Program-made: the position numbers and the translations under genes
Part shown: piece after piece, positions 63,709 to 64,000 of the stretch
Numbering within the stretch: position 1 is the first letter of the stretch
Layout: each line of letters starts with the position of its first letter
Notes under the pieces: generated by a model
Database searches by the model: none
What the model saw: the letters and a program-made list of their open reading frames with translations, nothing else
What the model was told of the DNA's origin: nothing
DNA from: Verrucomicrobiota bacterium
GTDB lineage: Bacteria > Verrucomicrobiota > Verrucomicrobiia > Limisphaerales > CAIMTB01
NCBI GenBank assembly: GCA_963205105.1
Contig: CAUJJW010000111.1
Coordinates: forward strand, 6,465-70,464
DNA: 64,000 bases
Direction of reading: 5' to 3'

Positions 63709-64000
63709 ATGCTGATCCAGGAAGCCAGAAGGCAGTTGCTGAAGTTCAGGGCTTACCTGCCCTGGCTGCGTGCCCGTCATCGAAGGGAAACGATGGTCGG
63801 GCCTCTGGGTCATTGGGAAGGACTGCGCGCCTATCAGCTCAACGCCCTGACCCGGAATGGACTGCTTCCCGAACATCGACTGCTCGACATTGGCTGCGGT
63901 CCTCTTCAGGGAGGTATCGCGTTCATTCAGTACCTGAATCCCCATGGGTACACAGGCCTGGACCTCGACTCCCGCAAGCTTAGTGAGGCCTACCGCCAAG
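63709..64000 (+). CDS. Class I SAM-dependent methyltransferase (partial; continues beyond the right window edge)
   Basis: This frame is not in the ORF track because it has no stop in the window. My translation from ATG 63709 reads MLIQEARRQLLKFRAYLPWLRARHRRETMVGPLGHWEGLRAYQLNALTRNGLLPEHRLLDIGCGPLQGGIAFIQYLNPHGYTGLDLDSRKLSEAYRQ. LLDIGCGPLQGG is SAM-binding motif I. An in-frame stop lies at 63649-63651. Confidence 0.6.
   Translation, partial: MLIQEARRQLLKFRAYLPWLRARHRRETMVGPLGHWEGLRAYQLNALTRNGLLPEHRLLDIGCGPLQGGIAFIQYLNPHGYTGLDLDSRKLSEAYRQ

Noticed and set aside
63511-63999. Minus-strand ORF of 162 aa at the right edge.
   Set aside because: The plus-strand frame over the same DNA encodes a clean SAM-binding motif I (LLDIGCGPLQGG) and methyltransferase-like context. 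The minus-strand product has no features.

Overview
GC-rich chromosomal segment whose gene content points to the PVC superphylum, most likely Verrucomicrobiota: prepilin-type H-X9-DG proteins, Planctomycete-cytochrome-C and 'PVC-type' heme-binding proteins, DUF1080, PmoA-like proteins, and a Ser/Thr kinase with an ECF sigma factor. All calls rest on reading the translations and DNA by eye; no homology search was run. I support about 39 protein-coding genes. Two are partial genes at the window edges that the ORF track misses. I found no rRNA, tRNA, CRISPR array, transposase or integrase. Gene content is mainly secreted or periplasmic hydrolases and redox proteins: an M16 peptidase pair, S9 peptidase, GH2, beta-helix protein, DUF1080/LamG, an octaheme cytochrome, and a giant heme-binding dehydrogenase-like protein. 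Housekeeping genes include recF, a pseudouridine synthase and a squalene/phytoene-synthase-like gene. There is also an AttEFGH-like ABC cluster and a kinase/ECF-sigma/M50 protease group. Three things are not explained by ordinary annotation. (1) A terminator-delimited operon of four, possibly five, orphan proteins at 6496-10790. It has no domain I recognise, but the proteins share an N-terminal helix motif, and it is my best candidate for an undescribed system. (2) A Sec-signal-bearing protein made of three tandem FlgE/FlgG-like core modules without the axial D0 segments, co-oriented with two pseudopilins and a lipoprotein (17335-21908). (3) A dense mosaic of at least nine hairpin-forming repeat families, here named RepA-J. 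It fills nearly every intergenic region (roughly 10% of the window by my estimate). It is inserted in-frame in three CDSs. Its shared terminal motif CCATGAACC coincides exactly with the start or stop codons of about a dozen genes. Most long ORFs in the track that overlap these genes on other frames or strands are high-GC shadow ORFs or read-through of repeats.
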